From contig CAWGYD010000010.1 of assembly GCA_963826785.1 (NCBI GenBank), positions 32,001 through 96,000 of the forward strand: DNA of 64,000 nucleotides, given 5' to 3'. Shown here one piece after another: positions 62,394 through 64,000 of the stretch (position 1 is the first letter of the stretch; each line of letters starts with the position of its first letter). A model generated the notes under the pieces. That model saw only the letters and a program-made list of their open reading frames with translations. It did not search any database and was not told the DNA's origin. The stretch is from an uncultured delta proteobacterium. GTDB lineage: Bacteria > Desulfobacterota > Desulfobacteria > Desulfobacterales > Desulfosalsimonadaceae. The position numbers and the translations under genes are program-made.

Positions 62394-63008
62394 TTAAACC
62401 GCCCACTTGAATTCATTTTGAAGATACTGAAGGGTGAGCTTCAATGTCTGGGTCAGTGTACCGCCCACCCCTTCTCCGGTCAGCGCACTTGCCGGAAATG
62501 AGGGCACCTGGAGTTGGCGATTGAGTTCCCGTTCCATCTTTTCAATCGGCATCAGCGGCAAGCCGTGTTTTTCCAAATCTCGTTTATTGTACTGAATTAC
62601 AAGGGGAATCTTTCGAATATTCAGACCGATTTTCTTCAAATTTTCATGAAGGTCTTTTAACGAATGCATGTTTTTTTCCCGCCGGACCTGAAGCGAGTCA
62701 GCCACGAAAACGACGCCATCGACGCCCTTCAAAACCAGTTCGCGGGTGGTACGGTACTTGACCTGTCCGGGTACGGTATACAACTGGACTTTGACATCGC
62801 ACCCTTTGATCTTGCCCAGTCCGAGCGGCAAAAAATCAAAAAAAAGGGTTCGGTCGCCTTCCGTGTCGATGGAGATCATTTTACCGATCACCTGTTTCTT
62901 AAACGCCTTGTGAATATATTCCAAGTTGGTTGTTTTACCGCTCCGTCCCGGTCCATAATAGACGATTTTGCATTCGATCTGCCGGTTCTTCAAGTTAATT
63001 ACTGCCAT
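62394..63008 (-). CDS. mglA: MglA-family small GTPase
   Basis: KIVYYGPGRSGKTTNL, DRTLFFDFLP, LYTVPGQ, GVVFVADS, QYNKRD, ASA; GGAG RBS before ATG 63008. Confidence 0.92.
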   Translation of the reverse strand: MAVINLKNRQIECKIVYYGPGRSGKTTNLEYIHKAFKKQVIGKMISIDTEGDRTLFFDFLPLGLGKIKGCDVKVQLYTVPGQVKYRTTRELVLKGVDGVVFVADSLQVRREKNMHSLKDLHENLKKIGLNIRKIPLVIQYNKRDLEKHGLPLMPIEKMERELNRQLQVPSFPASALTGEGVGGTLTQTLKLTLQYLQNEFKWAV

Positions 63009-63177
63009 TGAGCGCTCCATCCATTGATTTTAATACTCATTTTGCGTTCAAGCGTTACCTTCCTGGCTGCATTTCCGGCTTCTCAACGCACTGTCCGTGC
63101 ACTTTCGCCGCCTCCCAAACCAAATGGCCGCCTTTGATTTTGATTGCAAAATGGCATGAGGCAATCGTAATTGACTT

Positions 63178-63999
63178 TCAGGATGCGATTTTGATGATTT
63201 TGATTTCGACACTGTAATCACCGCGTTTGGGGCCCGCCTCGATCTCCTTGATGGAAGACAGGAACCCGGTTCCGGAAAAAATGGCCATTGGGGAATAGAA
63301 AATGATTTCCTTGAGCATGTCTCCGGGTTTGATGCTTTTGATCAGCTGCTTTTCCTTTTTCGGAATAATCATTCGGATGTGGTTGCCGGACTGAAAACTG
63401 ACATCGAGATCGATTTTTTCGCCTTCCCGGGGTCCGCAGGTCAGGACGAACCGGACTGCGCTGACATCGATCATATCGCCTTCGGCCAGTTCGGAATCGG
63501 GTTCGATGGTTTTCCGTGTTCCGATCCCGTCGAGTTCTTCATCGATTCCGTCTTTATTCAACAGATCCTGAAAATACACCCGGACGGATTCGAGTTCATC
63601 CGGCTTTAAAAACTTGGTTTTCTGCCATTTCTGGAACAGAGAAATGCCATATTCCACATAATTCTGCTGACACCAGCACCAGAGTATGTTTTTGGCGGCT
63701 TCCATGCGAAGGGAATCGTATTCAAGCAGTCGCGTCAATTCCTCGATGGCTTTATCATATTGTCCGAATTTGGCCAGGGAAAGGGCCCCGCCCAGGGAAG
63801 ACGATCCCTTTATTTCCGGATCATCAAAGCTGAACATCTCCTTCATCAGATTCTGGGCATCACGGGAAACCTTCGGCGCCTGGGTCGCACCATCCAGCTT
63901 TTTAATTTTCTTGTCGATGGAATCGATCTTTTCGGAAACTTTTTTCAGCAGGGCTTGTTTGTTGCTGATCCCGTGATTTGCCTTGAGTAGGCCTTCCAC
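63178..63999 (-). CDS. Hypothetical protein with TPR-like helices and a beta-rich C-terminal domain (5' end outside the window)
   Basis: Open frame to the window edge; ALSLAKFGQYDKAIEEL is TPR-like. Confidence 0.6.
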   Translation of the reverse strand: MEGLLKANHGISNKQALLKKVSEKIDSIDKKIKKLDGATQAPKVSRDAQNLMKEMFSFDDPEIKGSSSLGGALSLAKFGQYDKAIEELTRLLEYDSLRMEAAKNILWCWCQQNYVEYGISLFQKWQKTKFLKPDELESVRVYFQDLLNKDGIDEELDGIGTRKTIEPDSELAEGDMIDVSAVRFVLTCGPREGEKIDLDVSFQSGNHIRMIIPKKEKQLIKSIKPGDMLKEIIFYSPMAIFSGTGFLSSIKEIEAGPKRGDYSVEIKIIKIAS

Positions 64000-64000
64000 T

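Overview
A gene-dense chromosomal window from an anaerobic deltaproteobacterium (Desulfobacterota, most like Desulfobacterales; inferred from gene content only). It holds mostly housekeeping genes (glmM, pgi, purA, tadA, ribF, def-fmt-rsmB, rpe, aroQ, asd, pyc, birA, purC), three tRNAs (Pro-CGG, Arg-ACG, Leu-CAG) and a type II secretion cluster (gspG-H-I-J-K-L-M-N-C-D-E, with gspF inverted). I saw no mobile element, CRISPR array or rRNA. Three genes are broken by four single-base indels, probably assembly errors. The best candidates for undescribed biology are in the right third: (1) an AT-richer module of a multi-PilZ/GNAT-like protein, a SAM methyltransferase and a convergent V4R-like/TM/GAF/HD-GYP phosphodiesterase, possibly a signal-synthesis-and-sensing circuit; (2) a ParB-like protein coupled to an atypical spore-photoproduct-lyase-family radical SAM enzyme; (3) an MglA GTPase with no adjacent MglB, followed by a DUF4388-cNMP protein and a PilZ protein; (4) a PlsA/Ger-like ether-lipid reductase linked to a sirtuin, BirA, pyruvate carboxylase and a stand-alone PKS-type acyltransferase. 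All calls come from motif recognition by eye; no searches were run.
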